The notes under the pieces were generated by a model that had not been told where the DNA came from, searched no databases, and saw only the letters and a program-made list of their open reading frames with translations. A DNA stretch of 64,000 nucleotides from Gemmatimonadota bacterium (GTDB taxonomy: Bacteria; Gemmatimonadota; Gemmatimonadetes; Palauibacterales; Palauibacteraceae), in NCBI GenBank assembly GCA_965116475.1, contig OZ220691.1, positions 1,696,001 through 1,760,000 of the forward strand, written 5' to 3'. Shown here one piece after another: positions 50,643 to 60,886 of the stretch (positions within the stretch are counted from its first letter, which is position 1; each line of letters begins with the position of its first letter). Position numbers and translations under genes: made by a program.

Positions 50643-51470
50643 GCGGTGGCGCCCGGCGTAGATGTTGAAACCCGTCGGCTTCGCGAAGCCAATCAGCGTC
50701 ATCCCGAACTCGCCGGCCACATCGACGGCGAGGCTGGAGGGGGCGCCCACGGCCGCGACGATCGGGATGCCGGCGGCGAGCGCCTTCTGCATGATCTCGA
50801 AGGAGGCCCGGCCGCTCACGGCCAGCACCGCGTCGCCGAGCGGCAGATCTCCCTCGAGGAATCGGTCGCCGATCACCTTGTCGAGCGCGTTGTGGCGCCC
50901 GATGTCTTCGCGCAGGAGACGCAGTTCACCCGCCGTATCGAACAGGCCGGCCGCGTGCAGCCCGCCCGTCCGTTCGAACACCGGCTGCCGACTGCGGAGC
51001 GCTTCGGGGAGGGTGCGGACGATCTCGGCCGCGATGGTCGGGCCTTCCGCCGGCACGGGGGCACAGCCCCGAATCTCGATCGCCTCGAGGGAGGCTTTTC
51101 CGCAAACGCCGCAACTCGATGTCGTATAGAAGTTCCGGGTGAGTTCCGCCGGGTCGAAGCGCGCCGTGTCGCTCAGGTGCGCGGTGACGATGTTGTATTC
51201 CTGCGGTTCCACATCGACGCAGTACCGCAGGTCGGCGATGTCGGACCGCTGTCCCAGCAGCCCCTCCGAGAAGAGGAACCCGGCCGTGAGGTCGAAGTCA
51301 TCCCCCGGGGTGCGCATGGTCACGGCCACCTGGTGCTCGCCTCCATCGGCGGGCGCGATCCGGATCTCGAGCGGCTCTTCGACCGCGACGGCGTCGCGCC
51401 GCCTGCGGCTGGACGCTTCGGACACGCGATCGATGTCGACGCGGGCGGTGTTCCTCCGGGGCGTAATCAT
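50634..51470 (-). CDS. fdhD: Formate dehydrogenase accessory sulfurtransferase FdhD
   Basis: EEPLEI, MRTPGDD, SSCGVCG, TGGLHAA, EDIGRHNALDK, SGRASFE. Confidence 0.95.
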   Translation of the reverse strand: MITPRRNTARVDIDRVSEASSRRRRDAVAVEEPLEIRIAPADGGEHQVAVTMRTPGDDFDLTAGFLFSEGLLGQRSDIADLRYCVDVEPQEYNIVTAHLSDTARFDPAELTRNFYTTSSCGVCGKASLEAIEIRGCAPVPAEGPTIAAEIVRTLPEALRSRQPVFERTGGLHAAGLFDTAGELRLLREDIGRHNALDKVIGDRFLEGDLPLGDAVLAVSGRASFEIMQKALAAGIPIVAAVGAPSSLAVDVAGEFGMTLIGFAKPTGFNIYAGRHRVG

Positions 51471-51572
51471 GGGCCGAAGTTACGCCGCCTCCGGAAACGG
51501 GGGGAGACGCCGACGCCCCGCGCGGGTGGAAGTCGTTTGCCGGTATTCGTGTCTGCGGGTAACTATGACGGC

Positions 51573-53243
51573 ATGAACACGCCCTCGGACGCGGAACTTC
51601 TCGCGAAATGGCGGGAGGAGCCCGCTCCTCTGCTCCCCCTGCTGCACGAGTTCCACGAGAGGGACGGGTACCTCTCGGAGGACGCCCTGCGCGCGATCTC
51701 CGATGACCTGCGGATCCCGATCGCCGACCTCTTCGGGACGGTCACCTTCTACCACCACTTCTCACGGGAGCCCGGGGGCCTCGCCCGCGCCCGGGTCTGC
51801 ACGGGACCCGTCTGCGCCCTGCTCGGGGCGAACGAACTGCTGGCCGGGCTGCCGAACGCGCATGCGATGCCCTGCCCCGGCCGCTGCGACGAGCCGATTC
51901 CGGTCCTGGACCGGGAACGGGTCCTCTGCGGGACGACCGCGGCTGAACTCTCCTCTCGACCCTCTCCTCTCCCGCCCGCTCCGCACCCGGACATCGAGGA
52001 GTGCGTATTTGCGCACATCCGGGCTCCCGGACGCGCCACGCTGGCGGGCTATCGGGCGACGGGCGGCTATTCCGGCCTCGAGAACGCCCTCCGCGGGCAG
52101 CCCGGCGCGCTGCTTGATGTCATCGATGCGAGCGGCCTGGCGGGGCGGGGCGGCGCCGGCTTCCCGACCGGGCGGAAGTGGCGGGCGGTGGCGGAGGCCG
52201 CGGGCGAGCCCAAAACGATCGTCTGCAACGCCGATGAGGGAGAGCCGGGCTGCTTCAAGGACCGGGCGCTGATGGACTACGACCCGCACGCGGTGATCGA
52301 AGGGATGATCGCCGCCGGCTTCGCGACCGGCGCCACGCGGGGGTTCATTTACCTTCGTTACGAATACCCGGATACGCTGCGCATCCTGGAGACGGCCCTG
52401 GAAGAGGCCCGTGGCGCCGGACTGCTCGGGCCCGAAGCCCTGGGGCCCGGGCGACCGTTCGACCTCTGGGTGCGGCGCGGCGCCGGCGCCTACATCTGCG
52501 GCGAGGAGACGTCGCTTCTCAACAGCCTCGAGGGCAAACACCCGTTCCCGCGCAACCGGCCGCCCTTCCCTGTGACGCACGGGTACGAGGACCTTCCCAC
52601 GGTCGTGAACAACGTGGAGACGCTGGCTTCGGTGCCCCACATCCTCGTGCACGGCGCCGACTGGTACCGCGGGCTGGGGATCGGCGACCACGCGGGCACG
52701 AAGGTGATCTCGCTCTCCGGGGACGTCACGCGCCCCGGCAACTACGAAGTGCCGATGGGCTTCCCCCTGATGACGCTGATCGACGACTGGGCCGGCGGCG
52801 TGCCGGACGGACGTAAGATCCAGGCGGTCACGATGGCGGGGCTCTCGGGCGGCTTCCTCGCGGGCGAGGACCTCGCTGTCACGCTGGACGAGCCCGACAT
52901 CCGCTCGAAGGGGTCGTTCCTGGGCGCGGGCGGCATCATGGTGTTCGACGACTCGCGGGACATGATCGAGGTCGCACATTCCGCCATGGAGTTCTTCGCC
53001 GAGGAATCCTGCGGCAAGTGCTTCCCGTGCCGCATCGGCACGCAGCGCCTGACGGAGCGCCTGCACGGCGACGGCCCGCCCGACATCGGCGCCTGGGTCG
53101 ACGAGGTGCACGATCTCGGCGACACGATGATGCAGACGAGCGCCTGCGGCCTCGGGCAGGCGGCCCCGCTCATCACGGAGAGCCTGATCCGCTACTTCCC
53201 CGATCGCGTGTCGAGCCACGTCACGGACTCCGCCGGGGGATAG
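51573..53243 (+). CDS. NuoE-NuoF-like fused NADH/flavin subunit of NAD-linked formate dehydrogenase
   Basis: N-terminal TFYHHF, CTGPVC, CPGRC; GRGGAGFPTG, NADEGEPG, YICGEETSL, CGKCFPC, CGLG. Confidence 0.9.
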   Translation: MNTPSDAELLAKWREEPAPLLPLLHEFHERDGYLSEDALRAISDDLRIPIADLFGTVTFYHHFSREPGGLARARVCTGPVCALLGANELLAGLPNAHAMPCPGRCDEPIPVLDRERVLCGTTAAELSSRPSPLPPAPHPDIEECVFAHIRAPGRATLAGYRATGGYSGLENALRGQPGALLDVIDASGLAGRGGAGFPTGRKWRAVAEAAGEPKTIVCNADEGEPGCFKDRALMDYDPHAVIEGMIAAGFATGATRGFIYLRYEYPDTLRILETALEEARGAGLLGPEALGPGRPFDLWVRRGAGAYICGEETSLLNSLEGKHPFPRNRPPFPVTHGYEDLPTVVNNVETLASVPHILVHGADWYRGLGIGDHAGTKVISLSGDVTRPGNYEVPMGFPLMTLIDDWAGGVPDGRKIQAVTMAGLSGGFLAGEDLAVTLDEPDIRSKGSFLGAGGIMVFDDSRDMIEVAHSAMEFFAEESCGKCFPCRIGTQRLTERLHGDGPPDIGAWVDEVHDLGDTMMQTSACGLGQAAPLITESLIRYFPDRVSSHVTDSAGG

Positions 53244-53362
53244 GAGCGCGGACCCGGGGCGCACGCGGATTTGTCGCGGCGCGCGCGGCGCGTCATGTTA
53301 GTGGGCCCGGCAGTTTCCAGCAGTGCGGGGTCGGGACACGACACCTGCCTCCGGAGGTGGGC

Positions 53363-56086
53363 TTGAGCGACAACTCGGGCAACGGCACGGGCTTCGATTT
53401 CGAGATCGCGCTCGACGGCGAGAAGGTCGGCGTCCGTCGCGGCGAGAGCCTGTACGAGGTCTCCGAGCGGCACCGCAAGGAGATCCCGACGCTGTGCTAC
53501 GATCCGCGCCTCGAAGCCTTCGGCGGCTGCCGCCTCTGCATCGTGGAACTCGACGGCGCCCGCAACCCGGTCGCCTCCTGCACCACGCGGGCGGAGCCCG
53601 GGATGCGGATCACGACCCGCTCCGCGCGGCTCGACATGCACCGCCGGGTGCTCATGGAGATGGTCGCCTCCGAGAACCGCGACACGGATGTCGACCCGCT
53701 CTCCGGATACGCCTCGCAGGAGATGGCGGAGCTGCTCGACCGCTACGACGCCCGGACGGGCCGCTTCGCCGGGGCCACGTCCGGCCGCAGCCGGCCGGAC
53801 GACGACAACCCCTTCATCCTCCGCGACTACGAGAACTGCATCTCCTGCTATCGCTGCGTGCGCGTCTGCGCCGAGCAGGAGGGCGACTACGCGATCTCGG
53901 TCATGAATCGCGGCTTCGAGACGCAGATCACGACGGAGTTCGAAGGTCTGCTGGGGAACTCCGCCTGCACGTTCTGCGGACAGTGCATACAGACGTGCCC
54001 GACCGGGGCGCTCGCCGACATCAAGGCGCTCGCGAACGCCGCGGTCCCCGGCGAGACGAAGAAGACGCGGACCGTCTGCCCCTACTGCGGCGTCGGGTGT
54101 TCCGTCGACCTGCTGTCGCGGGACGACAAGCTGATCGGCGTCCAGCCGGCGATGGATGGGCCCGCCAACGAGGGCGCACTCTGCGTGAAGGGGCAGTTTG
54201 CGTTCGACTTCGTACAGCACCCGGACCGGCTGGCCCATCCGATGGTGCGCGGCGAGGACGGCGAACTCCACGAAACCGACTGGGACACGGCCCTCGACCG
54301 CGCGGCGGCGGGTTTCACGGCGGCGGTGGAGAATCACGGCAGACACTCCGTGTACGGCGTCGCCTCCGGGCGCGCGCCGCACGAAGCGGCCTACATGATG
54401 CAGCGGTTCATCCGAGGCGCGTTCGGTACGAACCAGATCGACAACTGCAGCCGTGCTTGACACGCCCCCACGGTCGCCGGTCTGGCGGCCTCTATCGGAC
54501 GGGGGGCGATGTCGAATCCACTCGCGGACATGGATAAGCCCGATGTGATCTTCTGCATCGGGACCAACATGACCGAGTGCCATCCCGTTGCGGCCACCCG
54601 CATCAAGCGCGCGGTGGCCCGTGGCGCCAAGCTCATCGTCGCCGATCCGAGGCGGATCGCGCTGGCCGAGATGGCCGACATCTACCTGCCGCTGAGAGTG
54701 GGATCGGACGTCGCGCTGCTGCTCGGCATGGCCCACACGATCGCTCGCGAAGGGCTGCTGGACGAAGGCTTCGTGGCCGACCGCACGACGGAAAGCCGCG
54801 ACTTCGTAGAGCACGTCCTCGAGTACCCGCCGGAATGGGCCGAATCCATCACCGGGGTGGATGCGAAGCTTATCGCGGAGGCGGCGCGCTGGTATGCGAC
54901 GGCCGAGCGCGGCGCGATCTACTACACGCTCGGGATCACGGAGCACATCTGCGGCGTGGACAACGTGCAGAGTCTCTGCAATCTCGCCCTCATGACCGGC
55001 AACGTCGGCCGGGAGGGAACCGGGATCAATCCGATGCGCGGCCAGAACAACATCCAGGGCGCGGGAGACTCCGGGGCGCTGCCGAACAACTATCCCGGCT
55101 TCCAGGACGTGCGGGACCCGGCGTACCAGGCAAAGTTCGCCGCCGCCTACGGCCGGGAGGTGGACCTCGAACTGGGTCCGACGAAGGTCACGGCGCTCGA
55201 CATGTGCGGCGACCGGATCCGCGCCATGATCATCAACGGCGAGAACACCGTCGTCACGGACCCGGACCGGGAGCATTGCGAGCACGCGCTCAGGAGCCTC
55301 GACCACCTCGTCGTGATCGACATCTTCCTCACCGAGACGGCGCAGCTGGCCGATGTCGTCCTCCCGGCCACCGCGTGGGCGGAGACGGACGGTGTGTGCT
55401 CGAATACGGAGCGGCGCGTTCAGCGGCTGCGGAAGGCGGTGGACCCGCCCGGCGAGGCGAAACCCGACTGGTGGTGCGTGTCCCGCATCGCGCAGCGCAT
55501 GGGGTTGAAGGGTTTCGAGTTCGAGTCGGCGAAGGAGGTGTTCAACGAGCTCTGCTCGCTCTCGCCGATCTACGCCGGCCTCGACTGGGATCTCATCGCC
55601 GACGGCGAGTACCACTGGCCGGTGCCGGAGCGGGGCCACCCCGGCACGCCGATCCTTCACGAGGGCGAGTTCGAGAACGGGCGCGGGATCTTCCAGTTGA
55701 TCCGGTACCGGGACCCGGCCGAGACGATCTCGGAGGAATACCCGGTCTGGCTTACGACCGGGCGCCGCCTGCCCGCCTATCACACGAGAACCCAGACCGG
55801 GCGGTCGGCGGGAATCGAGTACCTGTTGTCGGAGGAGCGCCTCGAGATGCACCCGGCCGACGTGTCCAAATGGGGTCTCGAGGACGGCGGCTGGGCGATG
55901 ATGTCGAGCCCGCGCGGCCAGGTGCGGATCAAGGTCGAAGCGAACGACCGATCCCCGCCCGGGACCGTGTTCGCGTCATTCAGCTTCAACGACGTGCCGG
56001 TGAACTTCCTCACCGGAGGCGGCTACGACCCGATCACGCACACGGCCGAGTTGAAGGTGTGCCCCGTGAGGGTCGAACCCGTCTAG
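53363..56086 (+). CDS. fdhF: Selenocysteine-containing formate dehydrogenase alpha subunit (Sec at 54458-54460)
   Basis: TTG start after GGAGG; N-terminal Fe-S domains; CPYCGVGC; DNCSRA-U-HAPTV; MRGQNNIQG. The two track ORFs are in the same frame. Confidence 0.92.
54472..54490 (+). promoter_or_regulatory. SECIS element of FDH alpha
   Basis: GGTCGCC-GGTCT-GGCGGCC starting 11 nt after the UGA; resembles the E. coli fdhF SECIS. Confidence 0.8.
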
Positions 56087-56117
56087 TTCGCCCCGGAATC
56101 CGCCGAGAATCCGCGAG

Positions 56118-58148
56118 CTACCGGGAGCGGGTGGCGCCGCGGCTCCACGGCTGGTCTCCGTACGCGACGATCTTCCCCTCGATCGCCGAGGCCACGCACG
56201 TCAGGGGACTTGCCAGGTACACCTGCCCCGGTCCGCTGCGGCCGGGGAAGTTCCGATTGATGGAGCTGATCGTGACCTGGTCCTTCGTCGTCGAGACGCC
56301 CGGCCCCGCGTTGATGCAGGCTCCGCAACCGGGAGCGAGAACGTCGAATCCGGCATCCCGGAGCGCCCGGTCGTGGCCCCGTTCCCGGCTCCACGCCTCC
56401 ACGTCGATGGACCCGTACTGGGCATAGGCGCGGACGGACGCGGGCACGCGCCTCCCCGCCGCCACCGCCTCCCGCGCCACCGCGGCATACATCTCGAAGT
56501 CCGCGCGCTTCGCCCCCGTGCAGGCTCCGACGAACACCGTGTCCAAACCCACGTCTCCCTCGAGGGCCGAGACCGGCAAGCCGTTTCCGGGATCGCCGGG
56601 GGTCGCGAGCATCGGTTCGATGCCGCCCGCGTCCATCTCGATCGTCGCCGCGTATCCCGCCCCGGCGTCGCTGTGCAGTCCGTCGCACAGCGCCCGGACC
56701 TCGTCCTCCGCCAGGCCGCGCCGCCCGGCGATCCACGCCACCGTCCTCGCGTCCGGGGCGATGATGCCGGTGAAGCCACCGACCTCGGCCGCCATGTTCG
56801 TCAGCGTCGCGCGTTCGTCGATGGACAGCGCCTCCACGGCCTCTCCCGTGAATTCGATGATGCGTCCGATGGCCTCGCCGCTCTTGACGGTCGGGTGGCG
56901 CAGCAGTTCGAGGATGAGGTCTTTCGCCACGACGCCGGGTGGCGGCTCGCCCGTGATGTTCACGCGGATGGACTCCGGCACCTCCAGCCGAACGTCGCGG
57001 GTCGCCCAGGCGTTGACGATCGCCGACGTACCCACACCGAAGGCGACGCATCCCAGCGCCCCGGAATGAGGGGTGTGAGAATCGCTGCCGATGATGATCT
57101 GGCCCGGGAGCGCATAGCGGTCCTGCACCATGATGTGGCAGATCCCCTCGCTCCCCGTGCGGTCGGACAGTTCGCCGTGCAGGCGCACGCCCTTGGCGGC
57201 GGCGAACTCCCGCTGCCGGTCGTGCAGGGCATGGGCCGCGTCGAGCAGGCCGGCCGCCTTCCTCTCTTCCGTGATGACTTCGTCGAGGAACGCGAGGTGG
57301 TCCCGGAAGAAGACGATGGACTCGGTATGGTTCAGTCCCGCGTCGCCCGCGAAGTCCTCCCAGAACGTCGACGCCATGGGCGTCACATACTCGTGGGAGA
57401 AGCGAAGATCGGCCCGGAGAAAGCCGGTGTCGCCCGGCTTCACGGTCGGAACGCCCAGCGCGCCGGAGGCCGCGTCGGTGACCCAGTGCCGGGCGATGAT
57501 CTTCTCCGCGATCGTCTGCGGACGGTCCGCCGGGGTCGTGATGCCGGGGAGCGCGACGAGTCCCTTCAGTCTCGCCACGGCGTAGTCCAGCAGCCCGCCG
57601 TATTCGATGATGTCGCGCTGAATGCGCCCCGCGTCGCCGATGAACGCGTCGAGCGGGATCTCCTCCCCGCGCCGGATCTTCTCGATCAGGGAGAAATCCG
57701 TCGAAGCGAGGAGGCCGATGTTCGCGCAGTTCTCCCCGTAGATGCGCTCGATGTTCTCCCCGATGACGACGCGGAGGCCCGCGGCGCGCTCGGCATACGG
57801 CGAGGCCTCCCGGCTCGACCCCTTCCCGCGTCGCTTTCCGGACACGGAGCACACGAAGCCGCCCGTCCGGATGTCGTTGCGGCCGATCGGGCGCTCATCG
57901 CCACACAGGAGGCCCACATAGGGGTATTCCCCCAACTTCTCATCGAAGTGGTAGCAGACCCAGCCGGGCGTGATCTCATCGGTCGAGATATCGTCGCGCA
58001 GCGGGATCGATGGATCCCAGTCGAGGTCCTCGCCCGCGAGTTGGCGGCGGATGAGGTCCGGATCTTCGGTGAGGAAGAGGATGCGGCCCTTGAGGCGGAC
58101 GGTCGGCGGACGCCTCGCCACCTCGGTCTCGAGCAGATGTTCCAGCAT
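56118..58148 (-). CDS. Aconitase-family hydratase with N-terminal swivel (LeuD-like) domain fused to a LeuC-like large domain
   Basis: DDISTDEITP and GKGSSRE, then QTIAEKI, DSHT, ERATLTNM, GACTG, PGCGAC, NRNFPGR. Confidence 0.88.
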   Translation of the reverse strand: MLEHLLETEVARRPPTVRLKGRILFLTEDPDLIRRQLAGEDLDWDPSIPLRDDISTDEITPGWVCYHFDEKLGEYPYVGLLCGDERPIGRNDIRTGGFVCSVSGKRRGKGSSREASPYAERAAGLRVVIGENIERIYGENCANIGLLASTDFSLIEKIRRGEEIPLDAFIGDAGRIQRDIIEYGGLLDYAVARLKGLVALPGITTPADRPQTIAEKIIARHWVTDAASGALGVPTVKPGDTGFLRADLRFSHEYVTPMASTFWEDFAGDAGLNHTESIVFFRDHLAFLDEVITEERKAAGLLDAAHALHDRQREFAAAKGVRLHGELSDRTGSEGICHIMVQDRYALPGQIIIGSDSHTPHSGALGCVAFGVGTSAIVNAWATRDVRLEVPESIRVNITGEPPPGVVAKDLILELLRHPTVKSGEAIGRIIEFTGEAVEALSIDERATLTNMAAEVGGFTGIIAPDARTVAWIAGRRGLAEDEVRALCDGLHSDAGAGYAATIEMDAGGIEPMLATPGDPGNGLPVSALEGDVGLDTVFVGACTGAKRADFEMYAAVAREAVAAGRRVPASVRAYAQYGSIDVEAWSRERGHDRALRDAGFDVLAPGCGACINAGPGVSTTKDQVTISSINRNFPGRSGPGQVYLASPLTCVASAIEGKIVAYGDQPWSRGATRSR

Positions 58149-58279
58149 GTTGTACTCCCGCCCTGACCGGGCCGAAGATCGGGGTGACATTGGTCTGGTG
58201 TCCGACACCGGGATGTCGAAACATCGTCCGGGGGATGTTCAGGTGAAGCGCGCCCCGGCGCCAGTCGGGAGGTGAAGTC

Positions 58280-59191
58280 ATGCAGCGGGTCCTCGTCGCG
58301 GGTGGAACAGGCTTCCTCGGGCGTGCCTTCGTCCGGGGGCTGCACGGTCGCGGGGCGCGGGTGGCCGTGCTGACCCGAAACCCCGCCGGCGCGGGGAGGC
58401 TCGGGCTCCCGGCGGAATACGTCGGGGGGGATGTGCGTCGGCCCGCCGCGCTCGCAGCGGCGATGGACTCCGTGGACGCAGCCATCCTCTCCGTCCAGTT
58501 CCCGGGCTATCCGGTGGAGGCGCCCGCGCGCGGCCGGACGTTCATGGAGGTCGACGCCCGTGGCACCGCCGCCCTGGTGGAGGCCGCGGTGGAGGCGGGC
58601 GTGCGCAAGCTCGTCTACCTGTCCGGGGTCGGGGCCGATCCGGGCTCCGCACGTACCTGGTATCGCGCCAAGGGGCTGGCGGAGGCATCCGTTCGGGACT
58701 CGGGCCTCGACCACGTCATCGTTCGACCTTCATGGGTCTACGGCCCGGAGGACCGGAGCCTCAACCGCTTCATCGCGCTCATTCGCCGGATTCCGTTCGT
58801 TTTCCCCCAACTGGGGGACGGCTCCGGACGAATCACCCCGATACATGTCGATGACCTGGCCGACCTCGTGTGCGAGGCGACGCTGGGTTCGGCGGGGGAC
58901 GGACTCGTGCTGGAGGCGGGTGGCCCGCATGTCCTGTCGCTGGACGATGTCGTGAGGACGGCCATGGCGGCGCTCGGACGTCGGCGGGCGATTCTCCACA
59001 TCCCGGACGGTCTCATCAAGCTTGCCGCCGCGTGTGCCGAGCTTCTCCCCGGCCAGATCCTGTCGCGCGATGCCGTAGACTTCGCAACCCAGGAGGGGAT
59101 CGCCGATTCCGACCTGGCCCGCCGTCGTTTTCCGGCGTTTCGCCCACGCGACCTCGCGACGGGATTGGCGGCGTACGTCTCCCGTGCCTGA
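58280..59191 (+). CDS. NDUFA9-like atypical SDR (NAD(P)-binding)
   Basis: GGTGFLG, YLSGVGA, YRAK, VRPSWVYGPED, PIHVDD. Confidence 0.85.
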   Translation: MQRVLVAGGTGFLGRAFVRGLHGRGARVAVLTRNPAGAGRLGLPAEYVGGDVRRPAALAAAMDSVDAAILSVQFPGYPVEAPARGRTFMEVDARGTAALVEAAVEAGVRKLVYLSGVGADPGSARTWYRAKGLAEASVRDSGLDHVIVRPSWVYGPEDRSLNRFIALIRRIPFVFPQLGDGSGRITPIHVDDLADLVCEATLGSAGDGLVLEAGGPHVLSLDDVVRTAMAALGRRRAILHIPDGLIKLAAACAELLPGQILSRDAVDFATQEGIADSDLARRRFPAFRPRDLATGLAAYVSRA

Positions 59192-59435
59192 GCCGTGGAT
59201 CCGCGCGGGTTCGGGAGCCTGATCGGCATCCCCGCGACAAGGGTTTCGCACGCACCGGAGCACGCGTTGTATCTCTTGCATGTCATTCGACATCGGGCTT
59301 AGCTTGCATCGATTTTTCCGGCGACATCGGAGGCCGGGTGCCGCTGGTTGCAGTCGGACGTTCGTGCCTGGTTCGCGTAGCGAATCAGACGGCCCGCGCG
59401 TTCCTCGGCAGCCTCATAACTCGCAGGAGGTCGAT

Positions 59436-60107
59436 ATGAAGGATGTGTTCAGAAAGCTGGTGTTGGTGGTTGGCGCGATGGCCGCGTTCGCTTTTCTGCC
59501 GGTCCGGGCGGAGGCCCAGAGTCCCTATTCTCCGATGTTCTGGTCGTTCGAGGGCGGAGTCGGGATGGCCGTCCCGATGGGTGAGATCGCCGATGCCGCC
59601 GAGGCGGGTCCGTCATTCTCGGGCGCGGCGTCCTACTTCCTGCGCCCGCGTCTGGCGCTGCGGATCGAGGGGGCTCTCGACATGCTCGGCACGAAGGGAG
59701 CGATCGACCCGAACTTTCAGATCTTCCATCTGACGGGCGGGATCGAGTATCACCTCACGGATCCGATGGGAAGCGCCACCGTTGCGGTCGATTTCGGCCT
59801 GGGCGCCTCGACGCTCAATTCGGACGCGTTCCTGCTGCAGAACCATCCGCGTCCGGGACTCCATACGGTGGGCCTGGTGAACGGATCGTATGTCTCCGGC
59901 AACGCCGGCATCAAGGCGGGGCTCAACTTCGCTCGCCATGCGGAGACGGACGTACCGATGGTCACGCTCTTTGCGCAGCTCGACCTCCGCTACGTCATGA
60001 CGGACGAGGAAGATACGCACGTGTATGGTGAACTCAACAACGTTCACGGGTTCAGTTCCATAATGGAAATCCCGCTCTCGGTTGGCCTCCGGGTCAACTT
60101 CCCATAA
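59436..60107 (+). CDS. Outer-membrane beta-barrel protein (OmpA-like TM domain)
   Basis: RBS AGGAGG; signal peptide ending AEA; about 8 amphipathic strands; ends GLRVNFP. Confidence 0.75.
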   Translation: MKDVFRKLVLVVGAMAAFAFLPVRAEAQSPYSPMFWSFEGGVGMAVPMGEIADAAEAGPSFSGAASYFLRPRLALRIEGALDMLGTKGAIDPNFQIFHLTGGIEYHLTDPMGSATVAVDFGLGASTLNSDAFLLQNHPRPGLHTVGLVNGSYVSGNAGIKAGLNFARHAETDVPMVTLFAQLDLRYVMTDEEDTHVYGELNNVHGFSSIMEIPLSVGLRVNFP

Positions 60108-60132
60108 GCCGGCAAAAGGAGGAGTAGTCAGG

Positions 60133-60771
60133 ATGCGCCAGAACAGGGTGTGGGTGCCGATGGTTGTGGTGACTCTAGCCTTCCTGTCTGCGGGTTGCAT
60201 GCAGCTCGTGCGCCAGTGGGAACTCGATCGCGTCATGGAGCCCGTTAACGGGCAACTGGCCGATCATGAGGGCCGCATCGCGGCGAATACGGCCGCGGTG
60301 GAGGCGCTTCAGGGTGATATAGAGGAGTTGCGGAGTGGGCTTGATCGTCTGCAGCAGGAGTTCGGAGGTCACGTCAGCGACGACGACATGCACGGGACGG
60401 GACTCGCGGTTTCCCTTCCGGTGCACTTCGACTTCAACAGTGCCGAGGTGCGGGCCGTCGACCGCCCCATTCTGGACGCGTTCGCGGCCACGGTCCTGGG
60501 GTCGTTTCCTCAGGCCCGGATCACGGTGGAAGGCTCTGCCGACAGTGCCGGATCCGAGGCGTACAACATGAGGCTGTCCCAGGAGCGCGCCGACAGCGTG
60601 AGGGATTATCTCGTGCAGAACGCGGGGATGAACGCCGACAACATCCGTACGGTGGCCATGGGTGAATCGCGCCTCGTCAACGAGGACACCGGGGCCGAAG
60701 ATCGCCAGACCGGGATCGAGAACCGGCGCGCGACGTTCGTCGTCGAGTGGGCCGGACCAGGCTCGAGCTAG
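60133..60771 (+). CDS. OmpA C-terminal-domain lipoprotein with coiled coil
   Basis: Lipobox SAGC; HFDFNS, VEGSAD..GSEAYNMRLSQERA, NRR. Confidence 0.88.
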   Translation: MRQNRVWVPMVVVTLAFLSAGCMQLVRQWELDRVMEPVNGQLADHEGRIAANTAAVEALQGDIEELRSGLDRLQQEFGGHVSDDDMHGTGLAVSLPVHFDFNSAEVRAVDRPILDAFAATVLGSFPQARITVEGSADSAGSEAYNMRLSQERADSVRDYLVQNAGMNADNIRTVAMGESRLVNEDTGAEDRQTGIENRRATFVVEWAGPGSS

Positions 60772-60816
60772 ATCGGCGATGTCCTGAGTTGCGCGTTATG
60801 GCCACGTTGGAGCCAG

Positions 60817-60847
60817 GCTCCCGGGTTTCGGCCCGGGAGTTTTTTTT
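60817..60847 (+). terminator. Intrinsic terminator
   Basis: CTCCCGGG-TTTCGG-CCCGGGAG followed by T8. Confidence 0.85.
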
Positions 60848-60886
60848 GCCGCCGCTCCCGGCGCTGACGCGGGGTTTTGCCACGGA

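Noticed and set aside
51573..53243. Respiratory complex I nuoEF
   Set aside because: Flanked by fdhD and FDH alpha, with no other nuo genes.
58197..58240. Short palindromes (GGTGTCCGACACC, GATGTCGAAACATC) in the divergent intergenic region
   Set aside because: Short, with no consistent second instance; could be chance.
58280..59191. NDUFA9-like SDR as the ceramide reductase
   Set aside because: It lies 9 kb from spt, and a better-placed SDR is translationally coupled within the operon.
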